Assembly: GCA_021734835.1 (NCBI GenBank)
Contig: JAIPIH010000002.1
Span: forward strand, 141,979 to 205,978
Reading direction: 5' to 3'
From: Candidatus Cloacimonadota bacterium
Lineage (GTDB): Bacteria; Cloacimonadota; Cloacimonadia; Cloacimonadales; TCS61
Length of the DNA stretch: 64,000 nucleotides
Shown here: in pieces, positions 35,227 through 45,733 of the stretch
How the letters are laid out: every line of letters begins with the position of its first letter
How positions within the stretch are numbered: the first letter of the stretch is position 1
Program-made: the position numbers and the translations under genes
Notes under the pieces: generated by a model
What the model was told of the DNA's origin: nothing
Seen by the model: only the letters and a program-made list of their open reading frames with translations
The model's database searches: none

Positions 35227-36569
35227 AAGTATTGATTATTGATGATGAAATGAATATTTGTTTATCATTAAAAAATATTTTAGAAGATGAAGGATATAGT
35301 TGCAGTTATGTTGTTGATACAAGAAAATGGCTGGATAAATTTGAAGTTGTTAATCCGGATATTATACTTCTAGATGTTAGACTTGATGGCGCAAATGGGA
35401 TAGATCTGCTAAAAGAAATTAAAAACAGGAAGAAAAATACTATCGTAATAATGATCTCAGGGCACAGTGGTATAAAAGAAGCTGTTCAATCCATAAAATA
35501 CGGCGCATATGATTTTCTGGAAAAGCCGCTGAGCTTAACAAAAGTAAAAATAATTATTAAAAAGGCTCTCGAATTTCATAATATGGCTTTAGATTATTCC
35601 AGATTAAAGCAAGATGAAAGTGAAAAGTATAAAATAATTGGGAATAGCAAATCAATCAAAAATCTTCTGGAACTGGTCGATAAGATAGCAGCAAGCAATT
35701 CCAAAGTGCTGATCAGAGGAGAAAGCGGCACCGGAAAAGAGCTGGTTGCCTTCGCTATTCATAATAAGAGTCAGCGCAAATACAAACATTTTGCTAAGTT
35801 CAATTCTGCAGCGATTCCCACCGAACTTGTAGAAAGTGAATTATTCGGATATGAAAAAGGTGCCTTTACCGGAGCTGAAGGTAATAAAGAAGGAAAAATC
35901 GAATTAGCTAATGGTGGAACTCTTTTCCTGGATGAAATTGGCGATATGAGCTTAATGGCACAATCAAAAATTTTGCGGGTAATACAGGAAGGAGAATTTG
36001 AAAGAGTTGGTAGCAACAAAACTCACAAAATTGATGTGCGATTGATTGCCGCAACGCATAAGAACTTGGAGGAACTTGTAAAAACCGGGCAATTTAGAGA
36101 AGATCTTTTCTATAGATTGAATGTAATACCACTGATCACTCCCCCACTCCGCGAACATCCGGAAGATATTCCAATATTAATAGATCATTTTTCTAAGAAA
36201 TTCTCCCAGGAATTGAACTTACCCTTAAAAAAATTTTTACCTGAAACGATATCTGAATTACAATCATGGGAATTCAAAGGGAACATACGAGAATTAAAAA
36301 ATTTAATCGAACGAATATATATTCTGTATCCTTATATGGAAGTTAAATTGGACGATATTATTGATAAAATTGATACGAAAAATGGACATGAACCTTCCTT
36401 CTGGAATGTAATACGCCCTTTCAAAGAAAAGAAGAATGAGTTTGAAAAAAAATATTTGTTGGCTCAATTGAAAATTAATAATGGAAGTATTTCGAAAACT
36501 GCCAAATCGCTCGATTTACAAGTCAGTAATTTATCCAGAAAATTAAAAGAATTAGACATACATTCTTAA
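35223..36569 (+). CDS. sigma-54-dependent response regulator (NtrC/AtoC family)
   Basis: Receiver domain (DIILLDVRL). AAA+ Walker A GESGTGKE, sigma-54 contact loop GAFTGA, Walker B LFLDEIG. C-terminal Fis-type HTH. ATGA overlap with the kinase gene. Confidence 0.9.
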   Translation: MKVLIIDDEMNICLSLKNILEDEGYSCSYVVDTRKWLDKFEVVNPDIILLDVRLDGANGIDLLKEIKNRKKNTIVIMISGHSGIKEAVQSIKYGAYDFLEKPLSLTKVKIIIKKALEFHNMALDYSRLKQDESEKYKIIGNSKSIKNLLELVDKIAASNSKVLIRGESGTGKELVAFAIHNKSQRKYKHFAKFNSAAIPTELVESELFGYEKGAFTGAEGNKEGKIELANGGTLFLDEIGDMSLMAQSKILRVIQEGEFERVGSNKTHKIDVRLIAATHKNLEELVKTGQFREDLFYRLNVIPLITPPLREHPEDIPILIDHFSKKFSQELNLPLKKFLPETISELQSWEFKGNIRELKNLIERIYILYPYMEVKLDDIIDKIDTKNGHEPSFWNVIRPFKEKKNEFEKKYLLAQLKINNGSISKTAKSLDLQVSNLSRKLKELDIHS

Positions 36570-36590
36570 AAATGAATAAAGGAGTATATA

Positions 36591-38336
36591 ATGAAATCTA
36601 AATGGTTTGCCTTTGGCTGTCTTACTTCAGTTGCTTTAATTATAATAGTGATATTAATGATCTCTAGTTTTTTTGGTAGTACCGGGAAAATGTTGCAAAA
36701 ACCATTACCCGAGAAAATCACATCCGGGTCCTGGCTCAAAATTGATATTATGGGTAGAATTGTAGATTATGACGAATTTGAAGGCAGTCCCTTTGCGGGT
36801 CCCTTTTCTAGTAAGAAAACTTCTGTTCATTCCATCTGTCATAAGATCAATAAGGCTTCAATGGATAGCAAGATCAAAGGAATCATCTTGGAACCTAAAT
36901 TTCTAACAAGTGGATACGCTAATATAAATGAAATTATGGCAGCTCTTGAAAATTTTAAAACCAAAGGTAAAGAAATATATGCCTACTTAGAGCTTGCTAT
37001 GGATAAAGATTACTTGCTTTCAACTGTCGCTGATAAAATTTATTTAAACCCATCCGCTTCAGCAGGGATATTACTAACAGGAGTCGGAGGTGAAATATTA
37101 TTTTACAAGGATTTTTTCGATAAAATTGGAGTTGAAGTTAAAGTTATTCATGCTGGTCAATACAAAGGCGCCGGAGAAAATTATTCAAGAAACAGATTGT
37201 CTGAACCAGTGCGGGAAAACCTAGAGGAATTATTTTCTGATATTTATGGGTCAATTTTAAGTAAAATCGCAACAAATAGAAGGATAGATTTCAATACTAT
37301 TATTGATCTATACGAAAAAAGAGAAGAAATTTTCATCAAACAAGAAAACGCTTTGGAATCTAACTTAATCGATAAGCTCAGTCATAAGGAGGATTTTTAT
37401 AATGCAATTGGGGTAATACCAAAAAAAATAATTTCATACTCAGACTACAAAATACCTGTTTTAAAGAAATCTGATTCCAATATTGCGGTTGTTTATGCTC
37501 AAGGTGCCATTATGATGCAATCTCAAGGTTTTGATACAGTTAATATTACAGATACTAATTTGAATTCAATCTTAAATAAAATTGAAAAAGATAACAGTAT
37601 TAAAGGTGTTGTAATTCGTGTGAACAGTCCAGGAGGAAGTGCTTTGATATCTGAAAATATTCATTCTAAAATAAAAAATCTCAGAGCTGTTAAGCCAGTA
37701 GTTATATCAATGGGAAATGTAGCTGCATCAGGCGGTTATTACATCTCAGCGGAATCAGATTATATTTTTGCAGATCCTTATACTGTCACCGGTTCAATTG
37801 GAGTAGTGGCGATGATACCCAATATTGCAGGATTAACTGATAAACTCGGTATTCATAAAGATAGTATTTCAAGAGGTAAATATGCTGATGCAATTAGCAT
37901 TTATTCGAAATTAGATGATTCCATGAAAAAATCATTAAAGATGAGCATCGAGGATACTTACACGGAGTTTAAGGAGAGAGTATCTGAAGGCAGGGGAATA
38001 TCAGTGTCCGAGGTAGAACAAATTGCACAAGGGCAGGTCTGGTCAGCTGATAACGCTGTTCAAAATCATCTAATAGATGAGACTGGAATATTAAATAATG
38101 CAATCAGTAAAGCCGCCGATTTAGCTGAGGTTAAAGAATTTACAATTAAATATTATCCTGAACAAAAGAATTTTTTTACAGAATTTCTAAAAAATAAATT
38201 TAGTTTTGGTATTGCTGAAACTTTCATTTCAAATGAAATAATTGAAGATCAAACAATGATGAATGCCTTAAGATTGTTGAAATCAATTAAAAATGATCCA
38301 CAACAGGCTATTTTACTTTTTGAACTCAAAAATTAA
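36591..38336 (+). CDS. sppA: signal peptide peptidase SppA, 67K type (tandem S49 domains)
   Basis: N-terminal TM and two S49-like halves. Catalytic-Ser motif GNVAASGGYY in the C-terminal half. 581 aa. Confidence 0.85.
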   Translation: MKSKWFAFGCLTSVALIIIVILMISSFFGSTGKMLQKPLPEKITSGSWLKIDIMGRIVDYDEFEGSPFAGPFSSKKTSVHSICHKINKASMDSKIKGIILEPKFLTSGYANINEIMAALENFKTKGKEIYAYLELAMDKDYLLSTVADKIYLNPSASAGILLTGVGGEILFYKDFFDKIGVEVKVIHAGQYKGAGENYSRNRLSEPVRENLEELFSDIYGSILSKIATNRRIDFNTIIDLYEKREEIFIKQENALESNLIDKLSHKEDFYNAIGVIPKKIISYSDYKIPVLKKSDSNIAVVYAQGAIMMQSQGFDTVNITDTNLNSILNKIEKDNSIKGVVIRVNSPGGSALISENIHSKIKNLRAVKPVVISMGNVAASGGYYISAESDYIFADPYTVTGSIGVVAMIPNIAGLTDKLGIHKDSISRGKYADAISIYSKLDDSMKKSLKMSIEDTYTEFKERVSEGRGISVSEVEQIAQGQVWSADNAVQNHLIDETGILNNAISKAADLAEVKEFTIKYYPEQKNFFTEFLKNKFSFGIAETFISNEIIEDQTMMNALRLLKSIKNDPQQAILLFELKN

Positions 38337-38463
38337 TTCCAAATTATTCTTTTCAAGTAAAGTATTATTTATAACATTTTGAATTTATAAAGTGCTTGAC
38401 TTAATGCGCTTATAAAAAAATTTGCATTGTGAGATTATTAATTAATTTAATTATGGAGGAAAA

Positions 38464-39615
38464 ATGAAAAAAAATAAGAGAATTATATTATTAATTGGGA
38501 TGGTTTTCGTATTTTGTACTTCCATATTAGCAATTTCTCAAGAGTTATCAGCAGAAGGGAAAAAGAATTTACGTTCAGCTAATATGCATTTAGGTGGGAA
38601 AAGGCATGAAAAGGCACTTCCTTTATATGAAAAAGTATTAGAAGAAAATCCTAATAATATAGAAGCGTTGAATAATACTGCGGCAATTTATTATGACATT
38701 ATAGGTGATTATGCCAAAGCTCGTGAATATTTCGTTAGATTGATCGATGTAATTAATGCTACTTATGCTGAATATGAAGAATTAATGAAAACTGATGAGA
38801 AGGCTGCCAAGAAATATGAGAAAATCAATATCAAAAAACCAAAATTGGAAGATAAACTCAAGGCTGTAATAAAATTTCGAGATAATTGTTTTACTCAAAT
38901 GATAAACCAGGGTAAACTAAAGATTCAGACTCAGGAGTATGAGGAAGCTATAGAAAGTCTTCTGAGAGTTACCAAAGTTGTTCCTGACAGTACTTTAACT
39001 TACAGATTAATTGCCCTTTGCTACGACAAACTCGATGATAAAGAAAACTCAAAAAAGTACTTTATTAAAACCAGCGAACTGGATCCCAACGATACCTATG
39101 CCAAACAACAAGTGGCATCTTTATACTTTGCAGAAGAAAATTTTGAAGAGGCTGGAAACTGGTACTTAGCAGCTACTATCAATGAAAAAGATAACCCGGA
39201 CAATTATTATAATGCCGGTATAGCTTATAAAAATGCAAATAAAAACCAATTAGCGTTCGACGCTTTTCTGCAAGCCCTTGAACTGGATCCGGAAAATTTA
39301 ACGACACTAGTGACATTAAGTAATTTAGCTCTAACTTTAAAAGATAATGAAGCTTCAACATTGTTTCTACAAAAAGCAGTAGATCTTGATGTTGCAGATG
39401 GAACTTTGGATAATCCTATGTATGTTACAACTCTTTGCTATAAATTGTACGGTATTTCCCAATTTAAAGATTTAATTACTTATGCTGAAATGTGGCGTCA
39501 ATTCGATGAAACTTCTGTGGAAGCCGTGCAAATGCTATATAATGCTGCTAAAGAATTGAACGATAAGAAACTTATGGAAAAATATAATAAAATTTATCAA
39601 AAGATGCAAGAATAG
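38464..39615 (+). CDS. secreted TPR-repeat protein
   Basis: Signal peptide, then multiple TPR-like units (ALPLYEKVLEENPNN, YRLIALCYDKLDD, YYNAGIAYKNANK, AFDAFLQALELDPEN). Confidence 0.7.
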   Translation: MKKNKRIILLIGMVFVFCTSILAISQELSAEGKKNLRSANMHLGGKRHEKALPLYEKVLEENPNNIEALNNTAAIYYDIIGDYAKAREYFVRLIDVINATYAEYEELMKTDEKAAKKYEKINIKKPKLEDKLKAVIKFRDNCFTQMINQGKLKIQTQEYEEAIESLLRVTKVVPDSTLTYRLIALCYDKLDDKENSKKYFIKTSELDPNDTYAKQQVASLYFAEENFEEAGNWYLAATINEKDNPDNYYNAGIAYKNANKNQLAFDAFLQALELDPENLTTLVTLSNLALTLKDNEASTLFLQKAVDLDVADGTLDNPMYVTTLCYKLYGISQFKDLITYAEMWRQFDETSVEAVQMLYNAAKELNDKKLMEKYNKIYQKMQE

Positions 39616-39622
39616 TTAGCGT

Positions 39623-39709
39623 GCGAAAGTGGCGGAGTTGGTAGACGCGCTGGCCTTAGAAGCCAGTGAGAGAAATCTCGTAGGGGTTCGAGTCCCCTCT
39701 TTCGCACCA
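39623..39709 (+). tRNA. tRNA-Leu (anticodon UAG), CCA encoded
   Basis: Hand-folded cloverleaf. Acceptor GCGAAAG/CTTTCGC, D arm GCG-GAGTTGGTAGA-CGC. Anticodon stem CTGGC/GCCAG with loop CTTAGAA. Long variable arm (class II). T arm AGGGG-TTCGAGT-CCCCT. Discriminator A plus CCA. Confidence 0.9.
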
Positions 39710-39740
39710 AATATTTTTATAAAAAATAAGAGGAGATAAA

Positions 39741-41012
39741 TTGAAAACTAGTATCAAAGAAATTAGCCAATGTGTTAGAGAACTTACTATTACAATAGAT
39801 TCGAATACTGCTTTAGCAGATTATAAAAAAGTAGTAAATCAATTTAAAAATTATGTTGCCATTCCAGGCTTCCGCAAGGGCAAAGCTCCTGTCTCGATCA
39901 TTGAAAATAGCTTCGGACCACAGATCAAAGAAGAATTTTACAATCAGAAATTGGGAGATTATTATAAAGAGGCGATCGATACAGAAGATACTCATCCCAT
40001 TAATCAAGGAGAACCATTAAAATTTGATTGGGAAAAAGGTAATGACTTAATTGTAACCTTTAAATATGAGATCATGCCAGAAATAAAAGTAAAAAAATAT
40101 AAAAATTTAGAAATACCTTTTGAACCTGTAAAATTTAAAACAGAAATGATCGATGCAACCTTAGACGAATATCGAAGTAAAATGGCTACTGAAACGTCCA
40201 TTGAAGAAGGTGAAAAAGGAGCCATTATGGAGATTACGGTTAGTTTTCTTGATGAAAATGACGAGGTTACAAAGGAACTAAAAAGAAAAATTGAAATTGA
40301 TAATAATCAATATTCAAAATCTTTTAATACTAAGTTATTAGGATTGAAACCGGAAGCTGAATTTAAAAGCAAGCTGTTCACAAAATCGCAAAATTCAAGT
40401 GATCAGGATATAAATGATAAGATAAAGGACAGAGAATTCTTGATTAAAGTTGATTCAATAAAACGTAAAAATATCCCGGAGTTGAACGACGATTTCGCAA
40501 AGGATCTTGAATACGATTCTGTAAAAGACCTTAAGGAAAAAGTTGCAGAAGAACTGAAAAATAAGATCAAAGAAGATAATAAGAATAATATGAAAGGTGC
40601 GATCCTGTCCAAATTGATCGAGGAAAATGATTTTGAATTACCTCAGTCTATTGTGAAACAAGTTGCTGAGAATATGGCAAAACCGTATGCTGAATCATAT
40701 AAAATGGAACTGGATAAGATGACTCAAATGTATCTTGGGATAGCCGAATACAATTTGAAAGGACATTATTTAGTTGAAGAAATAAAAAAAATAGCTAATA
40801 TTAAATTAACAGAGAAAGAAAAAGAAGAATTAATTGTTAAAGCTGCTGAAAATATGAAGATGGAGCTTGAAAAGTACAAAAAAATGCATGAGAAACAAAT
40901 AAAGAGCGATGATTTCACTTATGCAGCAGAAGAAGAAAAAGTGATGGACTTGATAAAAGAAAGTTCAACGTTTGTTAAAGTGCCAAAAGAGAAAAATCAA
41001 AGCAAGAAATAA
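39741..41012 (+). CDS. tig: trigger factor
   Basis: TTG start 5 nt after GAGGAG. Ribosome-binding signature GFRKGKAP. tig-clpP-clpX synteny. Confidence 0.9.
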   Translation: MKTSIKEISQCVRELTITIDSNTALADYKKVVNQFKNYVAIPGFRKGKAPVSIIENSFGPQIKEEFYNQKLGDYYKEAIDTEDTHPINQGEPLKFDWEKGNDLIVTFKYEIMPEIKVKKYKNLEIPFEPVKFKTEMIDATLDEYRSKMATETSIEEGEKGAIMEITVSFLDENDEVTKELKRKIEIDNNQYSKSFNTKLLGLKPEAEFKSKLFTKSQNSSDQDINDKIKDREFLIKVDSIKRKNIPELNDDFAKDLEYDSVKDLKEKVAEELKNKIKEDNKNNMKGAILSKLIEENDFELPQSIVKQVAENMAKPYAESYKMELDKMTQMYLGIAEYNLKGHYLVEEIKKIANIKLTEKEKEELIVKAAENMKMELEKYKKMHEKQIKSDDFTYAAEEEKVMDLIKESSTFVKVPKEKNQSKK

Positions 41013-41026
41013 CTAAAGGAGAAAAT

Positions 41027-41641
41027 ATGGCTTACGTACCTATCGTCGTCGAACAAAATGGAAAAGCAGAAAGAGCTTATGATATCTATTCCAGGCTCTT
41101 AAAAGACAGAATTATTTTTGTTGGTTCTCCAATAGATTTTAATATTGCTAATGTAGTTATCGCACAATTACTGCATCTTGAAGCGGAAGATCCGGATAAA
41201 GATATCTATATGTATATTAATAGTCCTGGCGGTTCAGTTTCTGCAGGATTAGCTATTTATGATACAATGCAGTATATTCGACCTGATGTCTCAACAATTT
41301 GCATTGGACAAGCATCTAGTATGGGTGCATTTTTGTTGTCGGCCGGAGTAAAAGGTAAAAGATTTGCACTGCCGAATAGCAGGATAATGATCCATCAACC
41401 TTTAGGGGGTGTGCAAGGTCAGGCCTCTGATATTGAAATACATACAAAAGAAATCCTGCATCTCAAAAACAAACTTAATCAGTTACTGCATAAACATACT
41501 AACCAACCTTTAAAAAAGATCGAAAAGGATACTGATCGTAATTTCTTTATGAGTCCGGAAGAAGCTCACACCTACGGGATAATAGATGAAGTAATTGCAA
41601 CCCGAAAAGATTCGTTTGGTAAACCAAAAAAGGGAGAGTAG
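41027..41641 (+). CDS. clpP: ATP-dependent Clp protease proteolytic subunit
   Basis: [10 protein letters not shown], catalytic region [11 protein letters not shown], and MIHQPLGG with the catalytic His. Confidence 0.95.
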   Translation: MAYVPIVVEQNGKAERAYDIYSRLLKDRIIFVGSPIDFNIANVVIAQLLHLEAEDPDKDIYMYINSPGGSVSAGLAIYDTMQYIRPDVSTICIGQASSMGAFLLSAGVKGKRFALPNSRIMIHQPLGGVQGQASDIEIHTKEILHLKNKLNQLLHKHTNQPLKKIEKDTDRNFFMSPEEAHTYGIIDEVIATRKDSFGKPKKGE

Positions 41642-42871
41642 ATGGAACAAGAATATAAATGCTCATTCTGTGGCAGATCGGAAGCAGAAACTAAATATCT
41701 GATCAAAGGACTGAGTGGGAATATCTGTGAAGAATGTGTTTCAATGTGTTCAACAATAATGGAATCTGAATCGCAGAAAAAGGAGATGGATAATTTTATT
41801 TTACCCTCACCAAGGGAACTCCATGAACTTCTTAATCAGTATGTGATCGGACAGGAACAAGCAAAGAAAATTATTTCAGTTGCTGTTTATAATCACTATA
41901 AAAGAATATTTAAACAAGATCCAAATAGTGAGGTCGATATTGAGAAAAGCAATATCCTGATGATTGGTCCTACCGGTTCCGGTAAAACTCTCATTGCTCA
42001 GACTCTGGCCAGAATTCTTAAAGTTCCATTTGCAATTGCTGATGCAACAACCCTAACTGAAGCGGGTTACGTTGGTGAGGATGTAGAAAATATTCTTGTA
42101 AGACTTCTTCAAAATGCAAGTTATGATATTGATAAAGCAGAAAAAGGAATCATTTACATTGACGAACTTGATAAAATTGCCAGAAAATCTGAAACTCCTT
42201 CGATCACTCGTGATGTCTCAGGTGAAGGAGTTCAGCAGGCACTGTTAAAGATATTAGAAGGTGCAAAAGTGAATGTACCTCCAAAAGGCGGAAGAAAACA
42301 TCCTCAGCAGGAATTCATTGAAATTGATACAAAAAACATACTTTTTATTGCCGGTGGTGCCTTTTTTGGATTAGATAAAGTCATTAAAAACAGACTTAAG
42401 AAGAAAGCTGTTGGATTTGATGCTGACGTGATTTCCCAAAAAGATATCGACCTTGATTTTTTTAGTAAAACTATACCAAATGATCTGGTTAAATATGGTC
42501 TTATTCCTGAATTGGTCGGCAGAATACCGGTTTTATCTTCATTACATGAATTAGATGAAGAAGCTTTGATCGCTATTTTAACTCAACCAAAGAACGCAAT
42601 TTGCAAACAATATACAAAACTGTTTGAGATTGAAAATGTTAAACTTGATTTTGGTATTGATGCTCTTAGAGAGATCGCTCATACTGCAATTAAACAAAAA
42701 ACCGGTGCTAGAGGATTAAGAGCGATCATGGAAAAATTTATGCTTGAAATAATGTATGAACTACCAGAAATCAACAACTTAAAAGAATGCTTTATTTCTG
42801 CAGATGTTGTTTCAGGAAAAACTGATCCTATCTTCTCTTTTACTGATAATAAAAAGGAACAATCTGCATAG
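41642..42871 (+). CDS. clpX: ATP-dependent Clp protease ATPase subunit ClpX
   Basis: N-terminal zinc-binding CSFCG...C..C. Walker [16 protein letters not shown], Walker [10 protein letters not shown], pore loop GYVG. Confidence 0.95.
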   Translation: MEQEYKCSFCGRSEAETKYLIKGLSGNICEECVSMCSTIMESESQKKEMDNFILPSPRELHELLNQYVIGQEQAKKIISVAVYNHYKRIFKQDPNSEVDIEKSNILMIGPTGSGKTLIAQTLARILKVPFAIADATTLTEAGYVGEDVENILVRLLQNASYDIDKAEKGIIYIDELDKIARKSETPSITRDVSGEGVQQALLKILEGAKVNVPPKGGRKHPQQEFIEIDTKNILFIAGGAFFGLDKVIKNRLKKKAVGFDADVISQKDIDLDFFSKTIPNDLVKYGLIPELVGRIPVLSSLHELDEEALIAILTQPKNAICKQYTKLFEIENVKLDFGIDALREIAHTAIKQKTGARGLRAIMEKFMLEIMYELPEINNLKECFISADVVSGKTDPIFSFTDNKKEQSA

Positions 42872-42887
42872 ATATAGATAAACGAAT

Positions 42888-42920
42888 AAAAAGCCAACAA
42901 CGATGTTGGCTTTTTTATTT
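42888..42920 (+). terminator. rho-independent terminator after clpX
   Basis: Stem GCCAACA / TGTTGGC (7 bp, extendable by A-T pairs), loop ACGA, followed by TTTTTTATTT. Confidence 0.8.
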
Positions 42921-43124
42921 TTCTGTATATTCTAAACTCACTCTATTCATAGTAAATTAACCAATCGGATACAAGTGACATAGAATTTCAGAACGAGTTT
43001 TAAACATGCTTACCTAATAAAGTTGTGTTAATGAAGCACAATAACCTGATAAACAGCAGTTAAAAATACTTGACGTTATTAGTGTTAAAAACATTTTTTC
43101 CAAAATATTTTTATGGAGAAATAA

Positions 43125-45719
43125 ATGAATTTAAAGCCACAACCGGTTATTAATAAACGAGACAATTTGATTATTGGTTTGTTTGTATTTATTTTCACTA
43201 TAACCATTTACTATTTAACAATGGCCAGATCTCTATCTTTTTGGGATGCGGGAGAATATATAACCTGCAGCAGTATTCTTGGTGTTCCCCATCCTCCCGG
43301 AAATCCATTTTATATATTGATAGGAAGATTTTTTACAATTTTAGGAATGCATATTCCCCATGCAATAGTAATTAATTTTCTTTCCGGGCTATTCTCTGCT
43401 TTAGCAGTTATGTTCACATATTTTTTCACAGTTAAATTAGTTACTATGTGGATCCAAGAAAAATCTGCATATATAGCTTATATTGCCGGATTCATTGCTG
43501 CAATGTATAGTGCATTCTCCTTTACTTATTGGAATAATGCTATCGAAGCGGAAGTTTATTCCGGTCTTGCCTTTATCATAACTTTAATTGTGTGGTTAAC
43601 CTTGATCTGGGTGGAAAGATCAAAAGGGTTGTCACATCAAAATATTCTGTTGTTAATAATTTATATTTTCTTTCTCGGATTTGGGATTCATCAAACATCT
43701 TTGCAGATTGCACCGGCAGTATTATTTATTGCTGTATATCCTATGTTGAGAGATTTGATAAAAACCTCTTCCTTTTGGAAACGGGTTATCATGTATACCG
43801 TCGGTTTGATTTTTATTTATTTGATTTTCTTATATTTTGGAAAATTATTATTGATCCCCGCTTTACCAAAATTTATGTTTGCATTGGCATTTTTAGGGCT
43901 ATTAATCTATCACTTAAGAAACGGAGTTTCTACCAGAACATGGCTTTTAGCTCTTTTATTTGTCGTTGTAGCTTTATCAACACATCTTTTTTTGTTTATC
44001 AGATCTTCTCACCGACCATTTATCAATGAAGGTTATCCTCATACATTCGACCTTTTTTCTAATTATATCCTACGCAGACAATATGGTGTAACAAGCATGT
44101 TTGTTAGAAGAGCTTCGTTCTTTTTTCAAATGAAAGAACAATTCCTTAAATATTTCAGTTGGCAGTTTTTTAATGCAGAGACGATTTCCCGATGGTTACA
44201 TACTCCCCAAATGCTTATTCAACTGATCTCCAATTTATTAGTAACATTACTTGGTTTTGGTGGTGCTTATTATCACATTAAAAAGAATAAACACTCGTTT
44301 GCTTATTTTTTCTCATTTATATTTATGGCTTCTATTGCAATGGTCTTTGTGATCAATTTGTCTGATGCTGAGGTAAGGGAACGAGATTACTTCTTTACGA
44401 CTGCCTATAGCTTTTGGACTGTTTGGATGGCAATTGGTTCAATAGCTTTGATCGATCTAGCCAGGAAAAAAAGTAAATTTTTAGCAGGATTGTTAATCGT
44501 GATAGTTCTATTACTTCCGGTACTTAATCTCTCTTCTCAATATTTTATTCACAATCGTTCAAGAGAATATATAGCTCTAGACTACGGACAGAATATACTC
44601 AATAGTGTTGAAGAGAATGCTATTATTTTTACTAATGGTGATAATGACACCTTCCCGGTCTGGTACGCTCAGGCAGTTCACGATCCGGCTGCCAAAGAAT
44701 ATATTCAACCAAGCAATCCTTATAGTAGAGATGAAGAAGGTAAAATTTCTAAACAAGTTACAATGCCTACAGAAAAAACACATGAAATGATTTCCAAAGC
44801 TATGGCATTCAAGAATGAGCAATGCAAAGGAATAAGAAAAGATATTTCGATAGCTAATTTAAGTCTTCTGAATACTCCATGGTATATTAAACAGTTGAGA
44901 GATAATGAAGGCATTGAATTCAACATTCCTGATAAGCATATCGATGTCTGTCAGGATAATCCTAGATCTGCTCTCTATCCAAGAAAGATATTTAAGGATA
45001 CAAATTTAACAATCACCGGAACTTATCCAGGAGACGAATTTGTTGTAACTATAAAAAAAGACGCGATCCTGTACACGAAGGACTTGGCAGTTATTCAAAT
45101 CATTAGAGATAATTACGGTAAACGTCCTATTTACTTTGCAGTAACAACACCCGATCCTATTGGATTTACTGAAAATCTTAGAAATGAAGGAATGGTAAGC
45201 AAATTGGTGCCAACAAAAGGAAAAGATCAGTTTGATCTGGAAAGATTAATGACAAATATTGATTCTGTTTATTCTTATCGTGGAATAATGGATGATACGA
45301 TATATAAAGACAAAAACATGAGACGACTCTTAAACAATTATGGTGCCGCCTTCATGCGTACATCTCGGTTTGCTCACAGAAAAAATGATTATGATAATGC
45401 GATTAAATACATGGAAAAGGCGATTGATTTTATAGACCAAAAGAGCAGATTCTATATTGGACTTTCTCAACTATATGCTGAAGCAGCTTTCAATTCTTTT
45501 GATATGGAGGAAACAGAGAAAGGTTTTGATCACCTCGAGAAAGCTGTTTATTATAATCGATCCGATAAAAATATGATCCAGTTGATCTATCAATCGGCAC
45601 TTTATACAAATGAAATAGAAAGAGCTCTTGATTTGTTCAATAAAATTCGAGCATATCAAGATACTTCCGAAATAAACTTCTATATATCAAATCTCAAAGA
45701 ACAGCTTAAAGATGATTAG
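43125..45719 (+). CDS. large polytopic membrane protein, DUF2723 / glycosyltransferase-like, with C-terminal TPR-like region
   Basis: N-terminal motif SFWDAGEY....LGVPHPPGNP recalls the DUF2723 (PMT-like) family. More than 10 TM helices, a soluble middle domain and C-terminal helical repeats. 864 aa. Confidence 0.6.
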   Translation: MNLKPQPVINKRDNLIIGLFVFIFTITIYYLTMARSLSFWDAGEYITCSSILGVPHPPGNPFYILIGRFFTILGMHIPHAIVINFLSGLFSALAVMFTYFFTVKLVTMWIQEKSAYIAYIAGFIAAMYSAFSFTYWNNAIEAEVYSGLAFIITLIVWLTLIWVERSKGLSHQNILLLIIYIFFLGFGIHQTSLQIAPAVLFIAVYPMLRDLIKTSSFWKRVIMYTVGLIFIYLIFLYFGKLLLIPALPKFMFALAFLGLLIYHLRNGVSTRTWLLALLFVVVALSTHLFLFIRSSHRPFINEGYPHTFDLFSNYILRRQYGVTSMFVRRASFFFQMKEQFLKYFSWQFFNAETISRWLHTPQMLIQLISNLLVTLLGFGGAYYHIKKNKHSFAYFFSFIFMASIAMVFVINLSDAEVRERDYFFTTAYSFWTVWMAIGSIALIDLARKKSKFLAGLLIVIVLLLPVLNLSSQYFIHNRSREYIALDYGQNILNSVEENAIIFTNGDNDTFPVWYAQAVHDPAAKEYIQPSNPYSRDEEGKISKQVTMPTEKTHEMISKAMAFKNEQCKGIRKDISIANLSLLNTPWYIKQLRDNEGIEFNIPDKHIDVCQDNPRSALYPRKIFKDTNLTITGTYPGDEFVVTIKKDAILYTKDLAVIQIIRDNYGKRPIYFAVTTPDPIGFTENLRNEGMVSKLVPTKGKDQFDLERLMTNIDSVYSYRGIMDDTIYKDKNMRRLLNNYGAAFMRTSRFAHRKNDYDNAIKYMEKAIDFIDQKSRFYIGLSQLYAEAAFNSFDMEETEKGFDHLEKAVYYNRSDKNMIQLIYQSALYTNEIERALDLFNKIRAYQDTSEINFYISNLKEQLKDD

Positions 45720-45733
45720 ACTAAAGGAATAGC

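Noticed and set aside
42921-43124. 200-bp non-coding stretch after the clpX terminator as a possible sRNA or small-ORF locus
   Set aside because: It holds only tiny ORFs (10 codons or fewer) without an SD and one weak 5-bp hairpin (TTGTG/CACAA). It is more simply the promoter and leader of the downstream membrane protein gene.
43592-44029. 145-aa alternative-frame ORF inside the DUF2723-like gene
   Set aside because: This is a same-strand overlap within a long, coherent polytopic membrane ORF, typical of AT-rich frame noise.
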